Shown here piece by piece: positions 1 to 9,827 of a stretch of DNA of 64,000 nucleotides. Position 1 is the stretch's first letter. Each line of letters opens with the position of its first letter. The position numbers and the translations under genes were made by a program. Origin of the DNA: a candidate division FCPU426 bacterium. GTDB lineage: Bacteria > Oederibacteriota > Muellerivitia > Muellerivitales > Muellerivitaceae. The stretch is from assembly GCA_963847625.1 (NCBI GenBank), contig CAWKAR010000032.1:1-64000 (forward strand), written 5' to 3'. The notes beneath the pieces are model-generated. The model saw only the letters and a program-made list of their open reading frames with translations, was not told the origin of the DNA and searched no databases.

Positions 1-902
1 TGAACGGCCTTCACGCCCAATTCGTGGAGGTCATAACCTACGGTCGTGAGGGCCGGCGTCACAAAAGAAGAAATCTCGATATCGCCAAAACCCATAACGG
101 CAAAAGCCCTTTCTTTTTTTGCGTTTTGAAGGGCTTTAAAAAACCCGATGGCCATCTCGTCATTGGCCGCGAAAATAGCTGTGGGGGGATGGGACATTTT
201 CAAAAATTTGTCGGCCACTTCCAATCCCGATTTGATGGTGTAATACCCTTGTTGAATAAGGCCCTCTTCAACTACGATGCCGGCCTCTTTCAGCGCCTGA
301 CGGTAGCCTTCCTCGCGATCCCACGAATCAGTGAGTTCGGGAGGGCCGGTGATAAAACCGATCCTCTTGTGGCCTTTTTGAATCAGGTATTCGGTCGCTT
401 GTTTTCCCCCGTTGAAGTTGTTGATAATGACCGAGGGAAGAATGTTCTCAAATCGCCTTTCATTGACCACCACCATGGGAAACTTGTGGTGGGCAAGTTC
501 GCGGATCAAGCTTTCCATCTGAAGGGGCGGAAGGATTACCAAAAGGCCTTCCACCACCGACGGCTCGGTCAAGTTTTGGATAATCTCCCGTTCCTCAACG
601 GTCCCATGAGTTAAGATCACGAGAATAAGAAACTTCCCCTGGCGCCTGGCTTCCTCTTCAATGCCCATGATGACCGCAGTCACATAGGGGTTCAGGGCAG
701 GAGTCACGACCCCCAGGAACCCTGTCTTGCGGGAGTTGGCCAAGCCCCGTGCGAAACGGTTGGGCCGGAACTTCGTCACCTCAATAATAGCCTTTACTTT
801 GCGCGCGGTTTCTTCCCTCACCGCCAACCCGTTCATGACCCGGGAGACCGTCGCCTCGGAGACACCCGCTTTCTGCGCGATTTGTTGGATTGTCACACCC
901 AT
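1..902 (-). CDS. LacI-family transcriptional regulator (partial, runs off the left edge)
   Basis: Not in the ORF track because its stop is outside the window. Manual translation from ATG at 902 gives MGVTIQQIAQKAGVSEATVSRVMNG...FRPNRFARGLA (LacI HTH), then ATEYLIQKGHKRIGFITGP (sugar-binding domain). Confidence 0.93.
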   Translation of the reverse strand, partial: MGVTIQQIAQKAGVSEATVSRVMNGLAVREETARKVKAIIEVTKFRPNRFARGLANSRKTGFLGVVTPALNPYVTAVIMGIEEEARRQGKFLILVILTHGTVEEREIIQNLTEPSVVEGLLVILPPLQMESLIRELAHHKFPMVVVNERRFENILPSVIINNFNGGKQATEYLIQKGHKRIGFITGPPELTDSWDREEGYRQALKEAGIVVEEGLIQQGYYTIKSGLEVADKFLKMSHPPTAIFAANDEMAIGFFKALQNAKKERAFAVMGFGDIEISSFVTPALTTVGYDLHELGVKAV

Positions 903-1027
903 TCATTTCCTTCCAGACATGCAACAAAATCAAACGTCAAAGGGTTTATCCTCTGTTTCTCCGTATAAATGTGGTGGCACCCTTCACGGGAAAATGGAAG
1001 CACACCACCTCCAGGGATATCTGATCG

Positions 1028-4000
1028 TTATTGCACCGCTAAATAATCCAGGTTGACGCACCCATCCCCTGTTTCCTTTTGGAGGACTACGCTGTTTGCT
1101 CCCTTTTTCAGGTCCAAATTCAATTCCAGGTTGCCCCAGGTTTCCCAATCCCCCAAGTCCTTGAACCCTAATTTGCCCATGGATTTCCCGTTCACCACGA
1201 GGGTCAAGGTTTGTTTGCTCCCCATGCCATTGGCGAAGCGGACAATACCGCGGTATTTTCCCCCGGCGGAAGCTGTCACAGTAAAGGCCGTCTTCTGGCC
1301 CAAGCCCTGGTAATAACCCGCCACGAAACCCTTGCCCAGGAAACCCTCGTGATCCGACGCCACTTCAGCCCCACCGGAGAGCGCCGCTTCCTCGGCCTCA
1401 TAAACCGTTCCCGCAGGCCTCAGAACCGGGATAGGCCGGCCGGTCGTGGTGACCGGCCCTATGCCATCGGCTGGGCGGTCCAATGCCAAAACGAGAAGCA
1501 TTTGGCGAGCCTTGGTATTTCCCGGATCAAGGAAAACATTGATCTTATGCACGGTTTGGATGAACCCGGCATGGCCGCCAGTGGACAAGGCAGCATAGAC
1601 GACCCGGGCGGGGATGGGAGGAAGCACCAGTGTCTTTTCCCGCCACCCATTCAGGTGGATATAGATTCTCTTGCCTTCATGCGTGGAGTGCCCATACTCA
1701 CCGGGCAGGAACGGCCCGGGTTTCTCCCCGCCCTTCGAAGCGGCGGGCAGAATGGACTGGGCCTTTAATTCCGGTACTAAAAACCAAGGGCCACCCTGGG
1801 CGTAGGACGTCACAGCATCCCCTCCCACGGAAATCCGATAGCGACTGGCTGTTTCCTCCAAACGAGCGTTGGATTTCGCGGGAGACCTTCCCAGTTCGTC
1901 GAAAACGGCCAAGCTGTTCTTGCCAACCTTCATCCAGCAGGAAGGCAGCCAGATACCTGTACAGCCCTTTAAAATTTCAGGATAACGCCCCAGGTTGTGG
2001 CCGTTGAGCCAAAGGCTTCCGCTGGAAAGCCCGTCGGTAGCGAATCGGTACACGAAACCCGTTTCCGGGAGCCGGACCAAATGGAAGGTCGTGCGGTAAA
2101 AGGCGGGCATCCCCTCGGCTTCGGCGGTTGTCGACCACTTGAGGCTTGGACTGTCGGGGTCCGCACCTCCCCTCATTTTCCAACCCGTTAGTGTCACCGA
2201 GCCGTCGCCGGACTCCACCGGCCCGGCCAGGCCCTTGCGCGCTGCCAGGAAATTCAGGTTGCCGGTATAGGGGTAAAACTTAGACCTTCCAGAATAAGCG
2301 GTAAAAATGGAAAGCGAATGGTCCCCAGGTGCGATGGTGACGGGCACCTCAAAGTTTTTTCCCATCGTCCCTGTGTCGTAATAGGCGGCCCACTTCCCAT
2401 CCACGAAAAGGGAGGCCCGGTCTCCGATTCGCTTGAATTTCAGCAGGCTGACCGGGCGGCTGTTGGAGACCCGGGTGGAATACCAGGCATAAGCCGAGGT
2501 ATCTCCGTCTTGGCCTATGGCGGGCGGAGCCCCATCCAGCAAGGAAAACCAGGCTTTGGGATCGATGGGGGAAGTGGCCAGGGCCATCTCCCATTGGGAC
2601 CATTGGACCTTTTCTGGGGAAGCGGAAGGGGCCGCCGGCACCCGAACCTTTTTCGCCCCTTCTTCCCCGTAAAGAGACAATTCAGAAGGCGCGGCGCTGC
2701 CATAAGGATGGTCCACGGTGAATTGTGGATCGCCGGAAGAACTCCAGTTGAATTCACCTAGATACGGGGTTCCCACAACGATTTGGCGGCCCACAGCGGC
2801 ATCCACGAACCAGGTCTTGTCGGCGGTTTCCTTACTCATCACCAGGATCCGGATTTTTGCCGTTCCGAAATTAAGCGTTTCTTCACCCACTCCCTTTGAC
2901 GGGAAAATAAAAGAAAGCGCGGTATTTGAACCGGGGTTGAGATGGAAACCCGCGTCTTGAATGGTCGCTCCGCTTCCGGCTTCCGCGCTTTCAAATCCGA
3001 CCCTCCCGGAATCACCGGCTTTGCCGAAACAAACCAGGGTCGTCATGTCCACTTGGGAGACCATCCCCAAGATCCGGCTGTCCGCTTGGGCCAAGGTCAC
3101 TCCCGAGGCAATGGGAACCTGGACAGCCAGTCCCGTGATTTCACCGGGAGCCATCTTGATCCTGGCGCCGTCCCTCAAGACCGCCGTAACCTCGGCGTTT
3201 CCGGGGTTGTCCAGGAATATTAGGGTTCCCCCCGGGCCGGTCCGGGCCGTCACCGAGACCCCTTGCGCGAAACCCTGGAAGTCGTCCGTCGCGTCATCGC
3301 TGCCAGCCAGGATGCCAGAGAAAGATCCGGCGAAATAGGCCAGGCGCTTAATACGGAAATAAAGCTCCCGTGTCTCCCCGGCCTGCCCGAGGAAGGTTCC
3401 GTAGTCGTAGCTGGACGCATTCTCGTCGTCGTTGAAGTAACCGAAATTGGTTCCGCCGTGGGCCATATAGAAGTTGAACCCGTTGCCGCCCCGGGCCAAT
3501 ATCTCCCACGGATGCCTTTCCCCGTTCTTAAGATCCTCGCCGACGTTCCCGAAACGGTCGAACCAGGTGGTCCAAAGTTCGGTGCTCATCCAGGGGCTTT
3601 TGCGAAAGGAGGAGTCCACCGGCGCTTCCGGAGCCGGGTCACCGCCATGGTGAAGGCCACTGAAGTACATCGGCACCTCCAGCCCGCTGCGGCGCGCCTG
3701 GCTAAGCAGGTGCCGGAAATATCCGCCGTCCATGTCCAGCCCCCAATGGCGCCCCTCGTCGGTGGCCATTTCGTTCTCCAACTGGATCAGGATGACGTTG
3801 CCGCCCTTGTGGATCTGCCGCTGGGCGATGATAGGCAGCAGGTGGTCGAACCATGCGTCCACGCATTTCAAGTACGGACGGTTGTACTTGCGGACCTCCA
3901 AGCCGGGCTTAAAGATCAACCAGGTCGGGAACCCTCCGTTTTCCCATTCGGCGCAGCAATAAGGTCCCACGCGGACAATGGCCCAAAGCCCGACGTCCTT

Positions 4001-4372
4001 GGCCGTGTCGAGGAAGGCCCCCAAGTCCCGGCTCTCAGTAGTGAAGTCGAACCGGCACTCTTGTGCCTCGTGGTAGTTCCAAAAGACGTAAGTCTCGACC
4101 GAATTGAAGCCCGCGCGTTTGAGCTTGAGCAGGATGTCGCGCCAGTTTTCCCTCGGCACCCTCGCGTAATGCACGCTGCCCGAGAGGAGGAAAGTGCGCT
4201 TTCCGTTGATGACAAAGCCCCGGCCATCGAAACGGATGGCGCGGGCCGCCGCCGGGGCTGGCGGCAGGATGTCGTCATTGGGGTGATAACTCCAATAGCC
4301 GGACCATCCGGCCATCGGCAGGAGCGCGGTAACAACCAGTGGCAGGAATAACTTTACACATCTTTTTTTCAT
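1028..4372 (-). CDS. Secreted GH35 beta-galactosidase with C-terminal CBM35/CBM6-like module
   Basis: SGSVHYARVP, ETYVFWNYHE, VRVGPYCCAEWENGGFP, QLENE and YMAHGGTNFG motifs; signal peptide after MKKR; C-terminal YEAE...NLDYL module. Start at 4372 or 4387. Confidence 0.92.
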   Translation of the reverse strand: MKKRCVKLFLPLVVTALLPMAGWSGYWSYHPNDDILPPAPAAARAIRFDGRGFVINGKRTFLLSGSVHYARVPRENWRDILLKLKRAGFNSVETYVFWNYHEAQECRFDFTTESRDLGAFLDTAKDVGLWAIVRVGPYCCAEWENGGFPTWLIFKPGLEVRKYNRPYLKCVDAWFDHLLPIIAQRQIHKGGNVILIQLENEMATDEGRHWGLDMDGGYFRHLLSQARRSGLEVPMYFSGLHHGGDPAPEAPVDSSFRKSPWMSTELWTTWFDRFGNVGEDLKNGERHPWEILARGGNGFNFYMAHGGTNFGYFNDDENASSYDYGTFLGQAGETRELYFRIKRLAYFAGSFSGILAGSDDATDDFQGFAQGVSVTARTGPGGTLIFLDNPGNAEVTAVLRDGARIKMAPGEITGLAVQVPIASGVTLAQADSRILGMVSQVDMTTLVCFGKAGDSGRVGFESAEAGSGATIQDAGFHLNPGSNTALSFIFPSKGVGEETLNFGTAKIRILVMSKETADKTWFVDAAVGRQIVVGTPYLGEFNWSSSGDPQFTVDHPYGSAAPSELSLYGEEGAKKVRVPAAPSASPEKVQWSQWEMALATSPIDPKAWFSLLDGAPPAIGQDGDTSAYAWYSTRVSNSRPVSLLKFKRIGDRASLFVDGKWAAYYDTGTMGKNFEVPVTIAPGDHSLSIFTAYSGRSKFYPYTGNLNFLAARKGLAGPVESGDGSVTLTGWKMRGGADPDSPSLKWSTTAEAEGMPAFYRTTFHLVRLPETGFVYRFATDGLSSGSLWLNGHNLGRYPEILKGCTGIWLPSCWMKVGKNSLAVFDELGRSPAKSNARLEETASRYRISVGGDAVTSYAQGGPWFLVPELKAQSILPAASKGGEKPGPFLPGEYGHSTHEGKRIYIHLNGWREKTLVLPPIPARVVYAALSTGGHAGFIQTVHKINVFLDPGNTKARQMLLVLALDRPADGIGPVTTTGRPIPVLRPAGTVYEAEEAALSGGAEVASDHEGFLGKGFVAGYYQGLGQKTAFTVTASAGGKYRGIVRFANGMGSKQTLTLVVNGKSMGKLGFKDLGDWETWGNLELNLDLKKGANSVVLQKETGDGCVNLDYLAVQ

Positions 4373-4403
4373 CCGGTTGATCCCCAATGAATCTTCTGCC
4401 TGG

Positions 4404-6554
4404 TTACTGGACCGTCAAATAATCCAGGTTGACGCACCCGTCTCCCTCTTCCTTACGCAACGAGACGGTGTTGACCCCCTGTTTCAAATTAAGTTCAAAG
4501 TCCAATTCGGCCCAGGTTTCCCAATCCGTCAGGTTCCGGAAACGCAGCCGTTTCACGTGCTTGCCGTTGACGTAGAGGCTTAAAGTCTGTTCTCCCCCCA
4601 TGGCATTGGAGAATCGGAGGGTGGCCTTGTGCACCCCGTCCTTTTCCACCTTCACCCTGAACTCTGTATTCTGGCCCAAGCCCTGGTAATAACCTGCCAC
4701 AAAGCCCTTGTCCGAATAGCCGTCGTGATCCATGGCGAGAGCGGCTCCCCCGGTTAAAACCGCATCCTCGGCCTCGTAGACGATCCCGATGGTTTTGGGA
4801 AGGGACCAATCATGTTCCGGGATCAGCGGCTCCTGGAAGGGCGCCGGCGACAAGTGCTTCCCGGTGATTTTGAGGGTGAGGGTGTAGTCCGAAACGTGTT
4901 TTGCCGGGAGCGCAACCCGAAGGCCTTCCGAGTCCTGTTTCCAGTCAAGCTTGCCTTCATAGCCCAGCAATTCCACATTTTGGAGCCTATTTTGGTTCTT
5001 GCCCGAAACCTTCGCCAAAGACCGGACGAGGACTTTCCTGTCCTGGGGCCAGGCCAGCACCGTGGCGTAGAGAACGCCATCCTTGGTGGTGAAACGGATA
5101 TCCGAGGGCTTGAAACGGATGGCCCGTTCGATGTTCATGCCCGCCCGGGCCTTGTTGGGGCCCTCCCCGAAAACCTTCCAGGGCCGGGTGCCGAATATGC
5201 TCTCCTGGTTGACCTTCATCCACCGGGCCATTCCCTTGAGGAACTCGACCTCGTCGGGGTCTAGCGTGCCGTCGCCCTTCACGGGCACGGAAAGCAGCAG
5301 GTTTCCGTTCTTGGACACGATGTCCAACAGCATATGCACGACCTGGTCCACGGTTTTATACTTATGTTTCTCGAACACGCCCCGGTCGTAGTGCCAGTTC
5401 CCGATGCACGTGTCCGTCTGCCAGGGAAGGGTCTGGATGCCACCCGCACCGCCGCGCTCGTTGTCCTGCACCACTGCGAGGAGGTGTTCCGTCTGCACCC
5501 GCTTGCATGTCAGGACGGCTTCCAGCTTTCCCCCGTGGTTGGCCATATTGGAGTTGTAATAGTCCGCGGTGATATCCAAGCCCGCCTTCCCCAAGGGAAG
5601 CTCCGTGTCGTCGAGATAGAAGAGATCCGGATGGTATTTTTCCACGAGCTCCTGGGCCCGGAGGTACCACTTGTCCATGTAATAGGAATCATGTGGCGGC
5701 GGCGGTACGTTCCCGTCAATGAAGTGTTGCGTGTGCCATGCCTCCATGTCCTGGTTGGTCTTGATTGAGTTAGGCGGCACGAAAAAGGGGCCCCCGTACA
5801 GCTCCTGCGGGTCCAGCCCTTCCCACCACTTCCCCTTGCCATCCGCCTGGGTCAGCCAACCGTCGTACCGGATGCCGGCCTTGGGCCCCGTTGGGTCGTA
5901 GCCGTAGGCGGACTGGAACCAGAACCAGGTGCGCGAAGAATGGTTGGAAACGCCGAAACGCAACCCGGTTGCCCGGGCCGTCTTTTCCCAGGTGCCCACG
6001 ATGTCCTTGTGGGGGCCTATGTGAACCGAGTTCCATTCCTGGTAGGTCGAGTCGTAGCAGTCGAAATTATCGTGGTGGTTGGCGAGGGCCACGAAATACT
6101 TGGCACCGGCGTCTTTATAGAGGGCCATAAGTTTCTCCGGGTCCCAATGCTCGGCATGCCAGATGTTGTCGATATCCTTGAAGCCGAATTCGGAAGGGTG
6201 CCCGTAGCGCTTTAAATGGTCGTTGTAATGGTAATTACCTGGGATGTACATTTGCCGCGCGTACCAATCCCCTTGCTCGGGCTGGCACTGGGCGCTCCAA
6301 TGGGCCCAAATTCCGAACTTAGCATCCCGGAACCAAGCCGGGCACTTGTAATTTTTTACCAGCGAACCCCAGTTCGGCTCAAAAAGACCGGATACGACTG
6401 TTCGTTTCGGCAGGGGCTTGGATGGTGCCTTGGGCATGGCACGGCCTTTGGCATCGGTGATTTGGCCATCCGTTCCCCCTGAAATCCTTGACGCCAGCAT
6501 AACGGCGGCCAACCCTAGGCAGAACTTGAATGCCCATTTATAGGGATCTTTCAT
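4404..6554 (-). CDS. Secreted GH29 alpha-L-fucosidase with C-terminal CBM35/CBM6-like module
   Basis: WFRDAKFGIWAHW, AGAKYFVALANHHDNF, WQTDTCIGNWHY, DIVSKNGNLLL and IFGTRPW motifs; signal peptide. Confidence 0.95.
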   Translation of the reverse strand: MKDPYKWAFKFCLGLAAVMLASRISGGTDGQITDAKGRAMPKAPSKPLPKRTVVSGLFEPNWGSLVKNYKCPAWFRDAKFGIWAHWSAQCQPEQGDWYARQMYIPGNYHYNDHLKRYGHPSEFGFKDIDNIWHAEHWDPEKLMALYKDAGAKYFVALANHHDNFDCYDSTYQEWNSVHIGPHKDIVGTWEKTARATGLRFGVSNHSSRTWFWFQSAYGYDPTGPKAGIRYDGWLTQADGKGKWWEGLDPQELYGGPFFVPPNSIKTNQDMEAWHTQHFIDGNVPPPPHDSYYMDKWYLRAQELVEKYHPDLFYLDDTELPLGKAGLDITADYYNSNMANHGGKLEAVLTCKRVQTEHLLAVVQDNERGGAGGIQTLPWQTDTCIGNWHYDRGVFEKHKYKTVDQVVHMLLDIVSKNGNLLLSVPVKGDGTLDPDEVEFLKGMARWMKVNQESIFGTRPWKVFGEGPNKARAGMNIERAIRFKPSDIRFTTKDGVLYATVLAWPQDRKVLVRSLAKVSGKNQNRLQNVELLGYEGKLDWKQDSEGLRVALPAKHVSDYTLTLKITGKHLSPAPFQEPLIPEHDWSLPKTIGIVYEAEDAVLTGGAALAMDHDGYSDKGFVAGYYQGLGQNTEFRVKVEKDGVHKATLRFSNAMGGEQTLSLYVNGKHVKRLRFRNLTDWETWAELDFELNLKQGVNTVSLRKEEGDGCVNLDYLTVQ

Positions 6555-6674
6555 GCCTTAAATTCCCCTTTTGATTCCTTCCGTGATATTGCTTCAGCCT
6601 TTGAAGCCGATTTTCCCGCGAAGGGTGCGATTGATTTCCGCGGGTTTTTCAATCGTTTCACCCTGAAATATGAA

Positions 6675-9248
6675 TCATTGGGCGACCACCAATTTCGCCG
6701 AAAAAGCGGGAACAAGGATTTTAAGTTCCGACCCTGAAATACTTTGAGGGCCCGAATCCACTAACCGTTTTCCAGAACTCTCGGAGATGGTGTAGGTGTT
6801 GTATGAAGTGACGGAGTCCGGAAGGGCAATGGTGGTATCGATGGACGTATCATGATTCTTGTTGACCAAAACCACGAAAGTCTTGGTGGCGTCTTTGGCG
6901 CCGAAGGAATAAAGGTCCGGCGAGGAACTGGTGGCGCCCACGGTGTTCCCATCCACCTTGGACCCCTTGCCGTCGTAGTTTCCGAAAAGACGGTGGGCGA
7001 GAAACAGGAAATTGTCCGGTTGTGCCCCACTCCAATCGCAGGCAATGTCCACCCCTTCCCGCATGAAGATGCCGAGTTTGACGGTTTCCAGCAGGCCCCC
7101 ATGGTATTGGTGCTGAGCGGCGGGATAGTATTCGGTTATGGAATACTTGGTACCGGGATAATTCTCCGCGATGATCTTTTTCATTTTGGGGATCATCCCC
7201 ACGAAGGGGTCCCACAGATAAGGCTTGTTGCCCGGGTTCGCGCACCAGCTGTAGGGATCCTCGAGGGTCGGGTCCCACCAAACCCTCAGGGCCTCGAACT
7301 GCTTGTGCGTGACCACCGGATCGTAGGGATAGTCCCCCGACATGCTGATCGTGCTGCCTTTGCCGTCGGTATCCCAAACATCGGGGCAGCCGTGGTTGTC
7401 CAGGAAGTCGATGAGCCGAATGCCCGCCTTGTCCGAGAGCTCCTTCATTTGTCTCAGGTAATAAACCACCTGCGGAAGATCCCCGTGGGCCTTGCGGTCG
7501 GTCCACATTTCATGGCCCTTTTTCGCGCTGTCATCCAACTCAAATTCCTTGACGCCGCCGGGCATGTAGTCCCAGTTCGAGCCGGCCAGTTCCATGACCC
7601 CCCAGCCGCTCCAGCCGATCACTTGGGCGCTCGGATCCGCCTCTTTCACGGCGTGGGCGTACTTGGCGTTCAGGTCCACGAGATCGTCGTAGCCGACGCC
7701 CTTGGGCCAAACGTCGCGGTGGTTGGCTACCCAACATCCAGGCTCATTGTCCATCTGGTAGAACTTCACCCCACCCTGGGAGGCCGGCCCGAAGAGCTTC
7801 ACGATTGTTTGGACCCATTCCTTCTGGTATTCCGGGGTGGAAGGCACGTAGTTGAAGTTGGGGTCGTTGTCCATGATGTGCTTGTCCCCGGGCAATATGC
7901 CGTTGCCCGCGCCCTGCCCGTCGGTGGCCGTTTGGTTGGGATATTTGGAAGTCGGGAAGGAACAAAGTCTCGGCCCGTCTTTGTTTGTCGGTTTGGCCAC
8001 CCAGCCGGTGGTGGGTATGGTGATGATGGCCTGGCAGCCGGCCGAAAAAGCCTCTGCGATGAACTTGGCGTAACCCTTGTCCTTTTCCTGGCCGCTCGCC
8101 GGAGGGCCGCCTGAGTTCAGGAAATACCAGTCACCACCCCGGTTATCCGAGTCCTCTTTCCAGTTGTAGTTGGAGGTAGCGTTCCCTCCCCAGCGATTCA
8201 AGGTACCGCCCAATTGTTTCAGCTTTTCCCTGTCCTGGTAGTTGTAGCCCCAGAGGTAGGGCGAGATGGGATGGCCAAGCTCGGCTGCGAGAGAAACCGA
8301 GGCGGACTTGATCGAAACCGGGGCGACAGTCACGGTTACCGACTCGTAGGATGAAGTCTGTTTCTCGTTTTGCGCGGCCACGCCCACGACGTGCGGGCCC
8401 GCGCCCGGCAGTAAGGCGGACTCGAGCTTCACCTGCCGTTTGTCAGCTCCTTTCACCTGGCCGGTCGCCTTCCCGTCGATGGTCACCAGGTACCGCTGGA
8501 TGCCCTCGTCGCTGGCCTTGTCCCACAAGAGCATTACCCCGCCTGGCACCCGATACCACCCGAGGTTTTCCACCGGCGTGACCAGCGCGGTGTCGGTCAC
8601 GTAAATTTTGTCGAAATGCATGTAAACGGGCTTGTTCTCGGGATAATCCCCTGACAAGTTGAAATTAAGAGTTTTCATCTTGTCCTTGGTCATTTTGGAA
8701 AAATTCGGGAAGGAAGCAAAGGGAATGACCACCCGCGTCCATGTTTCGCCGATTTTCTTGCCTTCGGCATAGTTGCTGAGTTTGACCGAGCCGGAATCAA
8801 CATCGCCGGTAAGCGCCGCCTCGAAATCCACACCCGGAAAATTGGTCTTGGCGTAAAGCACGAGGTTTTTGGCCTGGGAAAAATCCTGGCTCGACCAGGA
8901 ATTGTTGAAAGCCAAACCGCCCCCTGCCCATTTTTTATCCCAATGCTTGTTGTCGCCCTCGGTAACCCAAGTGAACTCAAAGGAAAGGCAGTTGTCGTTG
9001 TTGGCCTCGCTGTCGAAAATGATCCAATTCGAATATCCGCTGTAGATCTTGGATTCCATCTTCTCCATGCAGGGGTCGGGCCGCAAAAGAAATTTGTGTT
9101 GGTCGCCCAAACAAATGATGCTTACGCCCCCTTTCCCGTCCTTGCCCGAAGAGTCGGCCCAGCAAGGGCCGTAAAAGGTGATGTCCTCGTCGCTCCAGGC
9201 GGCTGTGGAAATGCATGCAAGAAAAATAATAAAAGAGATCTTTCGCAT
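6675..9248 (-). CDS. Secreted GH44 endoglucanase/xyloglucanase with N-terminal carbohydrate-binding-type and Fn3-like domains
   Basis: PISPYLWGYN, RWGGNATSNYNW, GGDWYF, YQMDNEP, YPGTKYSITEY and NYDGKGS motifs typical of GH44; N-terminal WTRVVIPFASF...FDKIY domain. Confidence 0.88.
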   Translation of the reverse strand: MRKISFIIFLACISTAAWSDEDITFYGPCWADSSGKDGKGGVSIICLGDQHKFLLRPDPCMEKMESKIYSGYSNWIIFDSEANNDNCLSFEFTWVTEGDNKHWDKKWAGGGLAFNNSWSSQDFSQAKNLVLYAKTNFPGVDFEAALTGDVDSGSVKLSNYAEGKKIGETWTRVVIPFASFPNFSKMTKDKMKTLNFNLSGDYPENKPVYMHFDKIYVTDTALVTPVENLGWYRVPGGVMLLWDKASDEGIQRYLVTIDGKATGQVKGADKRQVKLESALLPGAGPHVVGVAAQNEKQTSSYESVTVTVAPVSIKSASVSLAAELGHPISPYLWGYNYQDREKLKQLGGTLNRWGGNATSNYNWKEDSDNRGGDWYFLNSGGPPASGQEKDKGYAKFIAEAFSAGCQAIITIPTTGWVAKPTNKDGPRLCSFPTSKYPNQTATDGQGAGNGILPGDKHIMDNDPNFNYVPSTPEYQKEWVQTIVKLFGPASQGGVKFYQMDNEPGCWVANHRDVWPKGVGYDDLVDLNAKYAHAVKEADPSAQVIGWSGWGVMELAGSNWDYMPGGVKEFELDDSAKKGHEMWTDRKAHGDLPQVVYYLRQMKELSDKAGIRLIDFLDNHGCPDVWDTDGKGSTISMSGDYPYDPVVTHKQFEALRVWWDPTLEDPYSWCANPGNKPYLWDPFVGMIPKMKKIIAENYPGTKYSITEYYPAAQHQYHGGLLETVKLGIFMREGVDIACDWSGAQPDNFLFLAHRLFGNYDGKGSKVDGNTVGATSSSPDLYSFGAKDATKTFVVLVNKNHDTSIDTTIALPDSVTSYNTYTISESSGKRLVDSGPQSISGSELKILVPAFSAKLVVAQ

Positions 9249-9827
9249 TAGTGCTCCTTGGATTTTTTCACCACTCCAAAATGTAACAGATATTTCTCTG
9301 GCCGCTTAGGAAAGTTTGGCACAATTGCTGTTGTTGGTATTTATCCTCTGCCGCATAAACCATCGTAACGTTCCTGGAGTCGGAGACGGTACTCACATCC
9401 CCGAAATAATCGACTTGGCCGTCACCAAACATATCAATCAAGTGTATAAACCGTCTGCCGTCTGATGGAACTTTTCAAACGATAAAAACCGCCAATTTCA
9501 GTGCGCACGTAAAGGGGCTTGGATAAACTGGTATGACATCGGCCCCTTAACGAAACCGCTACTCATAATGACCTCGTTGCTCAAGGTGCCGGCTTGTACT
9601 GAATCCGAGGAGATAAGACCGAAAAAAATCTATGCTAAGCGAGAAAGGCCCTGAAATTAATTCCAGTGATAGAACATGGAAATTTAATACATACATGATT
9701 GAGTAATCACATATATCCCCCGAGTTGTCAGCGAAGATAAAAATGGAATGTTTTTAAAGAAGATACTCGAAAAATAAAAGTTATAATTTATAAAATAAAA
9801 ATATTTAATTTATATTTATTAAATGGT

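Noticed and set aside
24..614. 196-aa plus-strand ORF
   Set aside because: Antisense shadow of the LacI gene on the minus strand.
9270..9720. Possible decayed gene or riboswitch upstream of GH44
   Set aside because: Short frames with only a vague similarity to a GH44 tail and no recognisable riboswitch consensus; unsupported.
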